From: Escherichia coli
Lineage (GTDB): Bacteria; Pseudomonadota; Gammaproteobacteria; Enterobacterales; Enterobacteriaceae
DNA length: 64,000 nucleotides
NCBI RefSeq assembly: GCF_050920415.1
Contig: NZ_CP169309.1
Strand: one strand, 5' to 3'
Shown here: in pieces, positions 24,395 to 38,454 of the stretch
How the letters are laid out: each line of letters opens with the position of its first letter
Position numbering within the stretch: position 1 is the first letter of the stretch
The notes under the pieces: generated by a model
Told to the model about the DNA's origin: nothing
Database searches by the model: none
Seen by the model: only the letters and a program-made list of their open reading frames with translations
Translations under genes and position numbers: made by a program

Positions 24395-24937
24395 ATGGCG
24401 AAATCAGCACTGTTCACGGTGCGTAATAATGAGTCCTGCCCAAAGTGCGGGACTGAACTGGTTATTCGATCCGGGAAACACGGTCCGTTTCTTGGATGCT
24501 CACAGTATCCGGCGTGTGACTACGTCCGTCCTCTGAAATCTTCAGCGGATGGACATATCGTCAAAGTTCTGGAGGGACAGATTTGCCCTGCATGCGGCGC
24601 AAATCTGGTCTTACGCCAGGGGCGCTTTGGTATGTTTGTTGGTTGCAGTAACTATCCTGAATGCGAACATACCGAACTTATCGATAAACCGGACGAAACA
24701 GCAATTACATGTCCTCAATGTCGGACGGGCCATCTGGTCCAGCGCCGCTCCCGTTATGGCAAAACATTTCATTCCTGTGATCGCTACCCGGAGTGTCAAT
24801 TTGCCATTAACTTCAAACCTATAGCCGGAGAATGCCCTGAGTGTCATTATCCGCTACTCATCGAAAAGAAAACCGCGCAGGGTGTAAAACACTTTTGTGC
24901 CAGTAAACAATGTGGAAAGCCGGTTTCGGCGGAATAA
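24395..24937 (+). CDS. yrdD: Topoisomerase-I-like zinc-ribbon DNA-binding protein YrdD (180 aa)
   Basis: ORF with four CxxC...CxxC zinc-ribbon repeats ([23 protein letters not shown]...). Confidence 0.88.
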   Translation: MAKSALFTVRNNESCPKCGTELVIRSGKHGPFLGCSQYPACDYVRPLKSSADGHIVKVLEGQICPACGANLVLRQGRFGMFVGCSNYPECEHTELIDKPDETAITCPQCRTGHLVQRRSRYGKTFHSCDRYPECQFAINFKPIAGECPECHYPLLIEKKTAQGVKHFCASKQCGKPVSAE

Positions 24938-24941
24938 TAAC

Positions 24942-25514
24942 GTGAATAATAACCTGCAAGGAGACGCTATCGCAGCTGCGATAGATGTCCTCAATGAAGA
25001 ACGTGTCATCGCCTATCCCACGGAAGCCGTTTTCGGTGTCGGGTGCGATCCTGATAGCGAAACAGCAGTGATGAGACTGTTGGAACTAAAACAGCGTCCG
25101 GTTGATAAGGGGCTGATTTTAATCGCGGCAAATTACGAGCAGCTTAAACCCTATATTGATGACTGCATGCTGACTGATGCGCAGCGTGAAACCATTTTTT
25201 CTCGCTGGCCAGGTCCCGTCACCTTTGTCTTTCCCGCGCCTGCGACAACACCGCGCTGGTTGACAGGCCGCTTTGATTCGCTTGCTGTACGAGTCACCGA
25301 CCATCCGTTGGTGGTTGCTTTGTGCCAGGCTTATGGTAAACCGCTGGTTTCTACCAGTGCCAACTTGAGTGGATTGCCGCCTTGTCGAACAGTAGACGAA
25401 GTTCGCGCACAATTTGGCGCAGCGTTCCCGGTTGTGCCTGGTGAAACGGGAGGGCGTTTAAATCCTTCAGAAATCCGCGATGCCCTGACGGGTGAACTGT
25501 TTCGACAGGGGTAA
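24942..25514 (+). CDS. tsaC: Threonylcarbamoyl-AMP synthase TsaC (190 aa, GTG start)
   Basis: ORF region ...[37 protein letters not shown]...; start set at GTG 24942 just after yrdD stop. Confidence 0.9.
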   Translation: MNNNLQGDAIAAAIDVLNEERVIAYPTEAVFGVGCDPDSETAVMRLLELKQRPVDKGLILIAANYEQLKPYIDDCMLTDAQRETIFSRWPGPVTFVFPAPATTPRWLTGRFDSLAVRVTDHPLVVALCQAYGKPLVSTSANLSGLPPCRTVDEVRAQFGAAFPVVPGETGGRLNPSEIRDALTGELFRQG

Positions 25515-25518
25515 CATA

Positions 25519-26337
25519 ATGGAAAACTATGCTGTTTTTGGTAATCCAATAGCCCACAGCAAATCGCCATTCATTCATCAGCAATTTGCTCAGCAATTGA
25601 ATATTGAACATCCCTATGGGCGCGTGCTGGCACCTATCAATGATTTCATTAACACACTGAACGCTTTCTTTAGTGCTGGTGGTAAAGGAGCGAATGTGAC
25701 GGTGCCTTTTAAAGAAGAGGCCTTTGCCAGAGCTGATGAACTTACTGAACGGGCAGCGTTGGCTGGTGCTGTTAATACCCTCAAGCGGTTAGAAGATGGA
25801 CGCCTGCTGGGTGACAATACCGATGGCGTAGGCTTGTTAAGCGATCTGGAACGTCTGTCTTTTATCCGCCCAGGTTTACGTATTCTACTCATCGGCGCTG
25901 GTGGGGCGTCTCGTGGTGTATTACTTCCACTCCTTTCTCTGGACTGCGCGGTGACAATCACTAATCGGACGGTATCCCGCGCGGAAGAGTTGGCTAAATT
26001 GTTTGCGCACACGGGCAGTATTCAGGCGTTGGGTATGGACGAACTGGAGGGGCATGAGTTCGATCTCATTATTAATGCAACATCCAGTGGCATCAGTGGT
26101 GATATTCCCGCGATCCCGGCATCGCTCATTCATTCAGGCATGTGTTGCTATGACATGTTCTATCAGAAAGGAAAAACACCTTTTCTGGCATGGTGTGAGC
26201 TGCGAGGTTCAAAGCGTAATGCGGATGGATTGGGGATGCTGGTGGCACAGGCGGCTCATGCCTTTCTTCTCTGGCACGGTGTTCTGCCTGACATAGAACC
26301 AGTTATAAAGCAATTGCAGGAGGAGTTGTCCGCGTGA
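25519..26337 (+). CDS. aroE: Shikimate dehydrogenase AroE (272 aa)
   Basis: ORF (from internal Met) [39 protein letters not shown]... Confidence 0.95.
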   Translation: MENYAVFGNPIAHSKSPFIHQQFAQQLNIEHPYGRVLAPINDFINTLNAFFSAGGKGANVTVPFKEEAFARADELTERAALAGAVNTLKRLEDGRLLGDNTDGVGLLSDLERLSFIRPGLRILLIGAGGASRGVLLPLLSLDCAVTITNRTVSRAEELAKLFAHTGSIQALGMDELEGHEFDLIINATSSGISGDIPAIPASLIHSGMCCYDMFYQKGKTPFLAWCELRGSKRNADGLGMLVAQAAHAFLLWHGVLPDIEPVIKQLQEELSA

Positions 26338-26591
26338 ATCAGGCCATCCAGTTTCCGGACAGGGAAGAGTGGAACGAGAGTAAAAAATGCGTTTGTTTTC
26401 CCGCTCTTGTAAATGGTATGCAGCTCACTTGCGCTATTACTGGAGAGAGTCTGGCGAACCGCTTTGCAGGAGATACGCCAGAACAGTGGTTAGCGAGTTT
26501 TCGTCAGCATCGCTGGGACCTGGAAGAAGAAGCAGAAAGCTTGATTCAGGATCAAAGCGAAGATGATCAAGGCTGGGTTTGGTTACCCTGA
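26334..26591 (+). CDS. yrdB: DUF1488 protein YrdB (85 aa)
   Basis: [49 protein letters not shown]...; start overlaps aroE stop. Confidence 0.85.
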   Translation: MNQAIQFPDREEWNESKKCVCFPALVNGMQLTCAITGESLANRFAGDTPEQWLASFRQHRWDLEEEAESLIQDQSEDDQGWVWLP

Positions 26592-27121
26592 TCCAGATAC
26601 TCGTCCTTCCATTTCACGTAGTTATTCGCGGAATAGCGTAATCCGGCCTTCTCTTCATCACTTAACGGGCGGATCTGTTTGACGGGGCTACCGAGATACA
26701 GATATCCGCTCTCCAGCCGTTTATTTTGTGGTACCAGGCTACCCGCACCAATCATCACATCATCTTCTACTATTGCACCATCAAGTAAAATTGATGCCAT
26801 CCCAACCAACACTCGATTGCCAATGGTACAGCCGTGGAGCATCACCTTATGACCAACAGTGACATCTTCGCCAATGGTTAATGGGTTGCCATCTGGGTTG
26901 TATGAGGACTTATGGGTGACATGCAACATACTGCCATCCTGGATATTGGTGCGTGCTCCAATCTGTACATAATGTACATCACCACGAATCACAACGAGTG
27001 GCCAGATCCCCACATCATCAGCCAAACGAACGTCACCGATCACTACACTACTATCGTCGATCATTACGCGCTGACCGATTTGTGGAAAAAGATCGCGGTA
27101 TGGGCGTAAAACATCAGACAT
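26567..27121 (-). CDS. yrdA: Gamma-carbonic-anhydrase-like hexapeptide-repeat protein YrdA (184 aa)
   Basis: ORF (trimmed to Met at 27121) MSDVLRPYRDLFPQIGQRVMIDDSSVVIGDVRLADDVGIWPLVVIRGDVHYVQIG...; 3' end overlaps yrdB by 25 nt. Confidence 0.9.
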   Translation of the reverse strand: MSDVLRPYRDLFPQIGQRVMIDDSSVVIGDVRLADDVGIWPLVVIRGDVHYVQIGARTNIQDGSMLHVTHKSSYNPDGNPLTIGEDVTVGHKVMLHGCTIGNRVLVGMASILLDGAIVEDDVMIGAGSLVPQNKRLESGYLYLGSPVKQIRPLSDEEKAGLRYSANNYVKWKDEYLDQGNQTQP

Positions 27122-27273
27122 ACTTACCTCAACAATAAATGATTTACTAATGACTTTGGGTGCATTATTGGCCTTGTGCAAGTCTTTTAGTATGCAAAAA
27201 AGCACCGTTTTGTGTGCGAATGCAGCAAAAAGGGTGAAAAAACAACAAACAGAAAAAAAGATCAAAAAAGTAC

Positions 27274-27301
27274 TTGTGCAAAAAAATGGGATCCCTATAA
27301 T
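27274..27301 (+). promoter_or_regulatory. rrnD P1 promoter (-35 TTGTGC / 16 bp / -10 TATAAT, GC-rich discriminator)
   Basis: Hexamers at 27274-27279 and 27296-27301 followed by GCGCCTCC discriminator; A/T-rich UP/FIS region upstream (27230-27270). Confidence 0.65.
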
Positions 27302-27381
27302 GCGCCTCCGTTGAGACGACAATGTGAAACACTTCACAAGATGGTCGGAACAACGAAGAGAAAAAATCCTGAAATTCAGGG

Positions 27382-27409
27382 TTGACTCTGAAAGAGGAAA
27401 GCGTAATAT
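27382..27409 (+). promoter_or_regulatory. rrnD P2 promoter (-35 TTGACT / -10 TAATAT, discriminator GCGCCACC)
   Basis: GGTTGACTCTGAAAGAGGAAAGCGTAATATACGCCACCTCGCGACAGTGAGC matches the conserved rrn P2 region. Confidence 0.7.
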
Positions 27410-27593
27410 ACGCCACCTCGCGACAGTGAGCTGAAAGCCGCGTCGCAACTGCTCTTTAACAATTTATCAGACAATCTGTGTGGGCACTCGAAGATACGGA
27501 TTCTTAACGTCGCAAGACGAAAAATGAATACCAAGTCTCAAGAGTGAACACGTAATTCATTACGAAGTTTAATTCTTTGAGCATCAAACTTTT

Positions 27594-29129
<1,536 letters not shown>

Positions 29130-29197
29130 CCTTAAAGAACTGTGCTTTGCAGTGCTCACACAGATTGTCTGATGAAAATGAGCAGTAAAACCTCTAC

Positions 29198-29274
<77 letters not shown>

Positions 29275-29316
29275 AATTTGCACCGCAAATTTGAAGAGGT
29301 TTTAACTACATGTTAT

Positions 29317-29392
29317 GGGGCTATAGCTCAGCTGGGAGAGCGCCTGCTTTGCACGCAGGAGGTCTGCGGTTCGATCCCGCATAGCTCCACCA
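29317..29392 (+). tRNA. alaU: tRNA-Ala (anticodon TGC)
   Basis: GGGGCTATAGCTCAGCTGGGAGAGCGCCTGCTTTGCACGCAGGAGGTCTGCGGTTCGATCCCGCATAGCTCCACCA in 16S-23S spacer. Confidence 0.97.
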
Positions 29393-29575
29393 TCTCTGTA
29401 GTGATTAAATAAAAAATACTTCAGAGTGTACCTGCAAAGGTTCACTGCGAAGTTTTGCTCTTTAAAAATCTGGAATAAGCTGAAAATTGAAACACTGAAC
29501 AACGAAAGTTGTTCGTGAGTCTCTCAAATTTTCGCAACACGATGATGAATCGAAAGAAACATCTTCGGGTTGTGA

Positions 29576-32477
<2,902 letters not shown>

Positions 32478-32663
32478 ACAACGCCGAAGATGTTTTGGCG
32501 GATTGAGAGAATTTCAGCTTGGATCCAGAGTCCGAAGGATTTTGCGCTGAGACAAGGCGGCAAATGAAGCGAAGGAAGGAGCATACTGAAGTATGTGACT
32601 GATTTTCGCGAATGCAGCCAACGCAGTATCAGCACAAAAGACACAGGACAGAGCACAGGAATT

Positions 32664-32783
32664 TGCCTGGCGGCCGTAGCGCGGTGGTCCCACCTGACCC
32701 CATGCCGAACTCAGAAGTGAAACGCCGTAGCGCCGATGGTAGTGTGGGGTCTCCCCATGCGAGAGTAGGGAACTGCCAGGCAT
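32664..32783 (+). rRNA. rrfD: 5S ribosomal RNA (120 nt), first copy
   Basis: TGCCTGGCGGCCGTAGCGCGGTGGTCCCACCTGACCCCATGCCGAACTCAGAAGTGAAACGCCGTAGCGCCGATGGTAGTGTGGGGTCTCCCCATGCGAGAGTAGGGAACTGCCAGGCAT. Confidence 0.97.
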
Positions 32784-32835
32784 CAAATTACGAAGAATGG
32801 CACTGACCTTTGAGGCAGTTCACTACTCGATAAGA

Positions 32836-32930
32836 GAGTAGGACAAAAGCGAAAGCTTTTGAACGTTGCGAAGCAACGGCCCGAAGGGTGAATCGCGAAG
32901 TGATTCATAAACTGCCAGGCATCAAATTAA
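32836..32930 (+). repeat. rrn distal spacer module copy 1 (GAACGTTGCGAAGCAACGGCCCGAAGGGTG hairpin + 5S 3'-end fragment AACTGCCAGGCATCAAATTA)
   Basis: Imperfect direct repeat of 33243..33345; includes a ~20-nt copy of the 5S 3' terminus. Confidence 0.7.
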
Positions 32931-32934
32931 GCGT

Positions 32935-33010
32935 GCTGATATGGCTCAGTTGGTAGAGCGCACCCTTGGTAAGGGTGAGGTCCCCAGTTCGACTCTGGGT
33001 ATCAGCACCA
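32935..33010 (+). tRNA. thrV: tRNA-Thr (anticodon GGT)
   Basis: GCTGATATGGCTCAGTTGGTAGAGCGCACCCTTGGTAAGGGTGAGGTCCCCAGTTCGACTCTGGGTATCAGCACCA between the two 5S genes, as in rrnD. Confidence 0.96.
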
Positions 33011-33047
33011 CTTTTTAGGTTAAAGTTCGGCAGATTAGAAAAGAATT

Positions 33048-33167
33048 TGTCTGGCGGCAGTAGCGCGGTGGTCCCACCTGACCCCATGCCGAACTCAGAA
33101 GTGAAACGCCGTAGCGCCGATGGTAGTGTGGGGTCTCCCCATGCGAGAGTAGGGAACTGCCAGACAT
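33048..33167 (+). rRNA. rrfF: 5S ribosomal RNA (120 nt), second copy
   Basis: TGTCTGGCGGCAGTAGCGCGGTGGTCCCACC...GGGAACTGCCAGACAT; near-identical to first 5S copy with terminal-helix variants. Confidence 0.96.
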
Positions 33168-33172
33168 CAAAT

Positions 33173-33213
33173 AAAACAAAAGGCTCAGTCGGAAGACTGA
33201 GCCTTTTGTTTTA
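33173..33213 (+). terminator. rrnD terminator T1
   Basis: AAAACAAAAGGCTCAGTCGGAAGACTGAGCCTTTTGTTTTAT: long hairpin with flanking A/T tracts immediately after second 5S. Confidence 0.8.
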
Positions 33214-33242
33214 TCTGTTGTTTGTCGGTGAACACTCTCCCG

Positions 33243-33345
33243 AGTAGGACAAATCCGCCGGGAGCGGATTTGAACGTTGCGAAGCAACGGCCCGGAGGGT
33301 GGCGGGCAGGACGCCCGCCATAAACTGCCAGACATCAAATCAAGC
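33243..33345 (+). repeat. rrn distal spacer module copy 2 (with 5S 3'-end fragment AAACTGCCAGACATCAAAT)
   Basis: Shares GAGTAGGACAAA...GAACGTTGCGAAGCAACGGCCCGGAGGGTG...AAACTGCCAG(A/G)CATCAAAT with 32836..32930. Confidence 0.7.
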
Positions 33346-33346
33346 G

Positions 33347-33377
33347 AAAGGCCATCCGAAAGGATGGCCTTTTTGCG
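33347..33377 (+). terminator. rrnD distal terminator (T2-like); bidirectional with yhdZ 3' end
   Basis: AAAGGCCATCCGAAAGGATGGCCTTTTTGCG hairpin plus T-run; lies 20 bp from the yhdZ stop on the opposite strand. Confidence 0.75.
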
Positions 33378-33396
33378 TTTCGAATCCATGTACAAT

Positions 33397-34155
33397 TTAA
33401 TGGATAACCTGCGATAAAAATGCCCTCGTACGCTCCGATTTAGGATGCGCAAAAAATTCATCAGGTGTAGCTTGTTCCACTATCTCCCCACGATCCATAA
33501 AAATCACCCGATCAGCGACGGTTCGCGCAAATCCCATCTCGTGCGTTACGCACAACATTGTCATACCCGACTGCGCCAGCCCAATCATCGTATCCAGCAC
33601 TTCTTTTACCATCTCCGGATCGAGCGCCGATGTGGGCTCATCAAACAACATAATTTTCGGCTTCATACACAGCGAGCGCGCAATGGCAACACGTTGCTGC
33701 TGACCACCAGAAATCTGTCCTGGAAACTTCTGGGCATGTTCGGCAATTCTCACCCGCTCAAGGTAATGCATCGCCAGAGCTTCAGCCTCTTTCTTAGGCA
33801 TCTTGCGTACCCAAATCGGTGCCAGGGTACAGTTCTGTAGAACGGTCAGATGAGGGAAGAGATTGAAATGCTGAAAGACCATTCCCACTTCCTGCCTGAC
33901 GCGCTCAATATTGCGGATATCTTCATTAAGTTCGATGCCATCCACCACGATCCGTCCCTGTTGATGTTCTTCCAGATGATTAATACAACGAATGGTTGTC
34001 GATTTACCGGAACCAGAAGGGCCACACAGAACGATCCGTTCTCCCGGTTGCACGGTTAAATTTATATTTTTCAAAACATGGAATTGTCCATACCATTTAT
34101 TGACGTTTTCCAGCGTAATCATCGCGTTAGCAGGTTGCAGTAAAATTTGGCTCAT
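33397..34155 (-). CDS. yhdZ: Polar amino-acid ABC transporter ATP-binding protein (252 aa)
   Basis: ORF with Walker [13 protein letters not shown] signature [15 protein letters not shown], Walker [12 protein letters not shown]. Confidence 0.93.
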   Translation of the reverse strand: MSQILLQPANAMITLENVNKWYGQFHVLKNINLTVQPGERIVLCGPSGSGKSTTIRCINHLEEHQQGRIVVDGIELNEDIRNIERVRQEVGMVFQHFNLFPHLTVLQNCTLAPIWVRKMPKKEAEALAMHYLERVRIAEHAQKFPGQISGGQQQRVAIARSLCMKPKIMLFDEPTSALDPEMVKEVLDTMIGLAQSGMTMLCVTHEMGFARTVADRVIFMDRGEIVEQATPDEFFAHPKSERTRAFLSQVIH

Positions 34156-34162
34156 AGTGTCC

Positions 34163-35266
34163 TCAATGCGGTGTACGCCCGGTGTTAAAACGTTTTTCCA
34201 GATGTTGGCTATAACGTGACATGCTGAAACAGAAGATCCAGTAAATCAGTGCGGCGAAAACATAACCTTCCGTCGACATACCCAACCAGGCGGGATCAAC
34301 GGTTGCCTGCTGAACGCTACTGAAAAGATCGAACAACCCGATGATGATCACCAGGCTGGTATCTTTGAAGAGTGCGATGATGGTATTTACCAGCCCAGGA
34401 ATCACCAGCTTCAACGCCTGTGGCAAAATAACCAGCCCCTGGGTTTTCCAGTAACCCAACGCCAGCGACTCTGCCGCTTCATATTGCCCTTTAGGCAGCG
34501 CCTGTAATCCGCCTCGCACGACTTCCGCAACATATGCTGACTGAAACAGGATCACGCCAACCAGCGCGCGGATCAATTTGTCGATACTGGTGCCTTCTGC
34601 CATAAACAACGGCAGCATGACCGAAGACATAAACAGAACGGTAATCAGCGGTACACCGCGCCAGAACTCGATAAAAATGACCGATAAGATACGCACAATC
34701 GGCATATGGGAGCGGCGACCTAACGCCAGTAAGATCCCCCACGGCAGCGCCCCCGCAATCCCAACTGATGCAATAATTAAAGTGAGCGTCAGCCCGCCCC
34801 ATTGCCGGGTTTCAACCCGCTCAAGACCAAGAAACCCGCCATACATCAGCCACCAGACAATCAGTGGGTAAATCACCGCCCATACCGCAATATAGCGACC
34901 GCGATGCGGGAGTATTTTCCAGAACATTGGTGCGATAGAAACAAGGCCAATCAGTAATGCCAGGTTAATTCGCCAGCGTTGGTCGTGTGGGTAGAGCCCA
35001 TACATAAACTGACCGAATCGTTCGTGGATGAAGACCCAACAGGCACCTGCTTTTGTGCAGTCGGCACGCGTTGAGCCAACCCAATTAGCCTGCAAAAATG
35101 CCCAGTTCAGCAACGGTGGGATCAGTTCCCACATCAACCATATGCAGCCAATAGTCAGCAGGCTATTGCTCCAGCTGGAGAACAGATTTTTTCGCACCCA
35201 CACCATCGCGCGGCTTGAGTTATGGCTCGCCGGGCGCGGGGGATGAGACAGCAATACTTTTGTCAT
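34163..35266 (-). CDS. yhdY: Amino-acid ABC transporter permease (367 aa)
   Basis: [16 protein letters not shown]... multi-TM permease; yhdWXYZ operon order. Confidence 0.9.
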   Translation of the reverse strand: MTKVLLSHPPRPASHNSSRAMVWVRKNLFSSWSNSLLTIGCIWLMWELIPPLLNWAFLQANWVGSTRADCTKAGACWVFIHERFGQFMYGLYPHDQRWRINLALLIGLVSIAPMFWKILPHRGRYIAVWAVIYPLIVWWLMYGGFLGLERVETRQWGGLTLTLIIASVGIAGALPWGILLALGRRSHMPIVRILSVIFIEFWRGVPLITVLFMSSVMLPLFMAEGTSIDKLIRALVGVILFQSAYVAEVVRGGLQALPKGQYEAAESLALGYWKTQGLVILPQALKLVIPGLVNTIIALFKDTSLVIIIGLFDLFSSVQQATVDPAWLGMSTEGYVFAALIYWIFCFSMSRYSQHLEKRFNTGRTPH

Positions 35267-35275
35267 CATGACTCC

Positions 35276-36457
35276 TTAGCGTTCAACGATCGCGATGCGG
35301 CGGTTATAGATATTCATCAGCAGCGAGATAGTCAGGCTGATAATCAGATAGACCGACATGGTCATGGCTATCGTCTCGATGGCTTGCCCCGTCTGGTTCA
35401 GCACGGTGCCAGCAAACAGCGAAACCATATCGGGATAGCCAATAGCGGCGGCAAGAGAGGAGTTTTTGACGATGTTGAGATACTGGCTGGTTAACGGTGG
35501 AATAATCACCCGCAGTGCCTGGGGAATAATGACCTGGCGTAGCGTAACCGGGTTGGGTAATCCCAGTGACCGAGCAGCTTCATGTTGACCATAAGGCACT
35601 GCCTGGATCCCAGCGCGGATAATCTCGGCGATAAATGCAGAGGTATAAACCGAAAGTGCCAGCGTTAAGGCTGCCAGTTCAGGAATTAAAACCATCCCGC
35701 CACGGAAGTTAAAGCCTCGTAGGGCTGGAACATCCCAGTGTAGTGCTGCGCCAAAAAGCCATTGCGCCAGTAAAGGCAAACCGATGATCAACACAACGGC
35801 GACCGGCCAGGTTCGGCGCAATTGTCCGGTCTTTATCTGGTACGTTTTATTAAAACGGAATATTCCAACAGAAATGGCTATAGCAATAACAACAGTCAGG
35901 ATAAACGCAATAAATCCGTCTCCCAGCTGCGGCGACGGAATATAAAGCCCACGATTGCTTAAAAAGGCCAGATCAAACGCACTCACTGCCTGGCGTGGTC
36001 CGGGCAAATTGCGCAACACGGCAAAGTACCAGAAGAAGATTTGCAGTAGCGGCGGAATATTACGGAAGATCTCAATATAAATTGTGGAAAGCTTTCGTAG
36101 CAGCCAGTTATCCGAAAGTCGTGCCAGACCGATAAAGAAGCCCAGAACAGAAGCGAATACAATACACAATGCAGAAACCAGCAGCGTATTGAGTAAGCCA
36201 ACAATGAAAACGCGTCCGTAGGTATCACCCTGCTGGTAATCGATCAAATGCTGGACAATACCGAAGCCAGCGCCGCGATCCAGAAAGGCAAAACCCGAAG
36301 TAATGCCACGATTACTGAGATTCGTCACAGTGTTGTGAAATAGCCAACCAACAATGCCGACAACAGCAACAACGGCAAGGATCTGGAATAACCAGGCGCG
36401 AACCGTAGGGTTGGCAAAGGAGAGTGAGCCTTTAACGGTTGAGCGGCGATGAGACAT
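35276..36457 (-). CDS. yhdX: Amino-acid ABC transporter permease (393 aa)
   Basis: ORF (from internal Met) MSHRRSTVKGSLSFANPTVRAWLFQILAVVAVVG... multi-TM. Confidence 0.9.
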   Translation of the reverse strand: MSHRRSTVKGSLSFANPTVRAWLFQILAVVAVVGIVGWLFHNTVTNLSNRGITSGFAFLDRGAGFGIVQHLIDYQQGDTYGRVFIVGLLNTLLVSALCIVFASVLGFFIGLARLSDNWLLRKLSTIYIEIFRNIPPLLQIFFWYFAVLRNLPGPRQAVSAFDLAFLSNRGLYIPSPQLGDGFIAFILTVVIAIAISVGIFRFNKTYQIKTGQLRRTWPVAVVLIIGLPLLAQWLFGAALHWDVPALRGFNFRGGMVLIPELAALTLALSVYTSAFIAEIIRAGIQAVPYGQHEAARSLGLPNPVTLRQVIIPQALRVIIPPLTSQYLNIVKNSSLAAAIGYPDMVSLFAGTVLNQTGQAIETIAMTMSVYLIISLTISLLMNIYNRRIAIVER

Positions 36458-36524
36458 AGAAACCTCGGAAAGCATAACGCTGAAGAGAGCGCCGCCGTAG
36501 CGACGCTCGTTACCTCACACCGAC

Positions 36525-37550
36525 TTAACGCACGGGCGGCGCGTACTGAATACCGCCGTTATTCCAGAGATTATTTTGCCCACGTTTAATCTTCAGGGGG
36601 CTTTCTGAACCTACGTTACGCTCAAAAATTTCCGAGTAATTACCCACCTGTTTGATGATGTTGTAAGCCCATTTATTATCCAGCTTCAGATCTTTACCGT
36701 AATCGCCCTCTTTACCCAGCAGATGCGCCATATCAGGCGTTGCAGGATTAGCCGCTTTTTCATCAACGTTTTGCGAATTAACGCCCATCTCTTCAGCATT
36801 CAGCATGGCGAAAAGCGTCCAGCGCACTATAGAGAACCATTCATCATCGCCACGACGAACTACCGGCCCAAGCGGTTCTTTAGAGATAACTTCCGGTAAA
36901 ACAATCCATTCAGCTGGGTTGCTTAATTTGATGCGCAGGGCATACAGTTGTGATTGATCCGAGGCCAGCGTATCGCAGCGGCCAGATTCCAGTGCCTTCG
37001 CGGATTCGTCAGAGCGATCGAAAGTCACTGGTGTGTACTTCATATTGTTTGCCTTGAAGTAATCGGCGACGTTGAGTTCGGTATCAGTACCCGCCTGAAT
37101 ACAGACTGTTGCGCCATCCAGTTCTTTCGCGCTTTTTAATCCCGCTTTATCGTGCGTCAGGAAACCAATGCCGTCATAATAAGTGACGCCAGTAAATGCC
37201 ATTCCCATACCGGCATCGCGAGAGGAAGTCCAGGTCGTATTACGGGAGAGCAAATCCACCTCCCCTGACTGTAAAGCCGTGAAGCGTTCTTTTGCAGTGA
37301 GCGGGGTATATTTCACTTTCGTGTCGTCACCAAATACAGCTGCCGCAACACCACGACAAACATCTACATCAATACCTGAAAACTTACCGTCAGCATCGGC
37401 ATAAGAGAACCCAGGTAATCCATCACTGATCCCGCATTGCACAAAACCTTTTTTCTGAACGGCATCAAGCGTCGCGCCAGCATGCGCCTGATTTGCAACG
37501 GCAAGCAGCACGCTGGCGGCAGCCAGTGTGGCTATCATCATCTTTTTCAT
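36525..37550 (-). CDS. yhdW: Periplasmic amino-acid-binding protein of ABC transporter (341 aa, signal peptide), intact
   Basis: ORF MKKMMIATLAAASVLLAVANQAHAGATLDAVQKKGFVQCG...; cleavable signal peptide; first gene of yhdWXYZ. Confidence 0.9.
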   Translation of the reverse strand: MKKMMIATLAAASVLLAVANQAHAGATLDAVQKKGFVQCGISDGLPGFSYADADGKFSGIDVDVCRGVAAAVFGDDTKVKYTPLTAKERFTALQSGEVDLLSRNTTWTSSRDAGMGMAFTGVTYYDGIGFLTHDKAGLKSAKELDGATVCIQAGTDTELNVADYFKANNMKYTPVTFDRSDESAKALESGRCDTLASDQSQLYALRIKLSNPAEWIVLPEVISKEPLGPVVRRGDDEWFSIVRWTLFAMLNAEEMGVNSQNVDEKAANPATPDMAHLLGKEGDYGKDLKLDNKWAYNIIKQVGNYSEIFERNVGSESPLKIKRGQNNLWNNGGIQYAPPVR

Positions 37551-37980
37551 AATGCTTCCTGTGAGGCGAAAATTATCGTTATAGGACGTTTGGGAAACGT
37601 CTTTTACCTGTCTGTGGCCATCCTCTTATAAGCAAAAGTAGTGCCAGCTTTTGCGCACGATTTCGCGTCGCAATAAGCTGAGTGTAGACAGGAAATAATA
37701 AAAACAGCGCCCCGCAATGGTGCGAAAATGAAACATGCGCCACATTTTGGCGCAAAATATTTACGCATTTTTTACTAAGCAGAATAATGATTGTTAGCGT
37801 GAGTATATTTCTGGTAGGAAGTGTGAAAATTAAATTGATGCGTTATTTCGAAAGCAGCGAAATAACGCGATATAACATGCTAAATCAGCAGGGAATTACC
37901 CAGCAGAATATAGCAATATTTTATCTTATGGAGAGATACTGTATCGTTAAACAGAGCGCGGTACTCCGCGCCCTGTTCAG

Positions 37981-38202
37981 TTATTTCGACAGAGCGATGA
38001 TCCCCATCGTCAGGCCAGCAACAGCTGCTGCCCCGCCAGCAATAGCCCCAGCCGTTTCCCAGTTATCCTGAGTCGTGCCTTTCATACAGGTATTGGTGTG
38101 AACCAGTCGACCCTGATCGTCATAAACCGGAACGCAGGGCGAATCGTGAGCACAGCCCGCCAGCAATGCGGTGAGCAATGCTACAGGAATTAATCTTTTC
38201 AT
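37981..38202 (-). CDS. yhdV: Small lipoprotein YhdV (73 aa)
   Basis: ORF MKRLIPVALLTALLAGCAHDSP... lipobox LAGC; Gly/Ala-rich C-terminal TM segment. Confidence 0.85.
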   Translation of the reverse strand: MKRLIPVALLTALLAGCAHDSPCVPVYDDQGRLVHTNTCMKGTTQDNWETAGAIAGGAAAVAGLTMGIIALSK

Positions 38203-38421
38203 GGTGTTACCTCAGTAATAAACGCTAACGCTTAATAAGTTAACTCTCTTATTAACGAGCTGAATGCCATTTTATCACTGGAGGTTATAAATCTTGCGGC
38301 ATGAATAATGACAAATTATGTGAATTGTAAAAATAGTGAAGGGAGCGGGAACTATAGAAAGTTTTTAAAGAGTGAGTAGAAGAATATCTTATTAATTTTT
38401 ATGGGTTTCACTGAAAATAAT

Positions 38422-38445
38422 AAAGGCACCCGAAAGCGCCTTTAT
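38422..38445 (-). terminator. Putative rho-independent terminator downstream of acrF
   Basis: AAAGGCACCCGAAAGCGCCTTT hairpin; on the minus strand followed by TATTATTTT, 10 bp after the acrF stop. Confidence 0.5.
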
Positions 38446-38454
38446 GTTTCTGAT

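Noticed and set aside
27122-27448. N-terminal 109-codon extension of the yrdA ORF (track ORF 26567..27448, 293 aa)
   Set aside because: The extension runs through the rrnD P1/P2 promoter and UP/FIS region and translates to low-complexity sequence. The hexapeptide-repeat protein begins at the internal Met (MSDVLRPYRDLFPQ), giving the expected 184 aa.
37730-37760. Possible sigma-54 promoter (TGGCGC ... TTTACGCA) upstream of yhdW
   Set aside because: On the yhdW coding strand the spacing and the conserved GG(-24) / GC(-12) dinucleotides do not line up with the TGGCAC-N5-TTGCW consensus. The palindrome is kept only as a possible operator (see findings).
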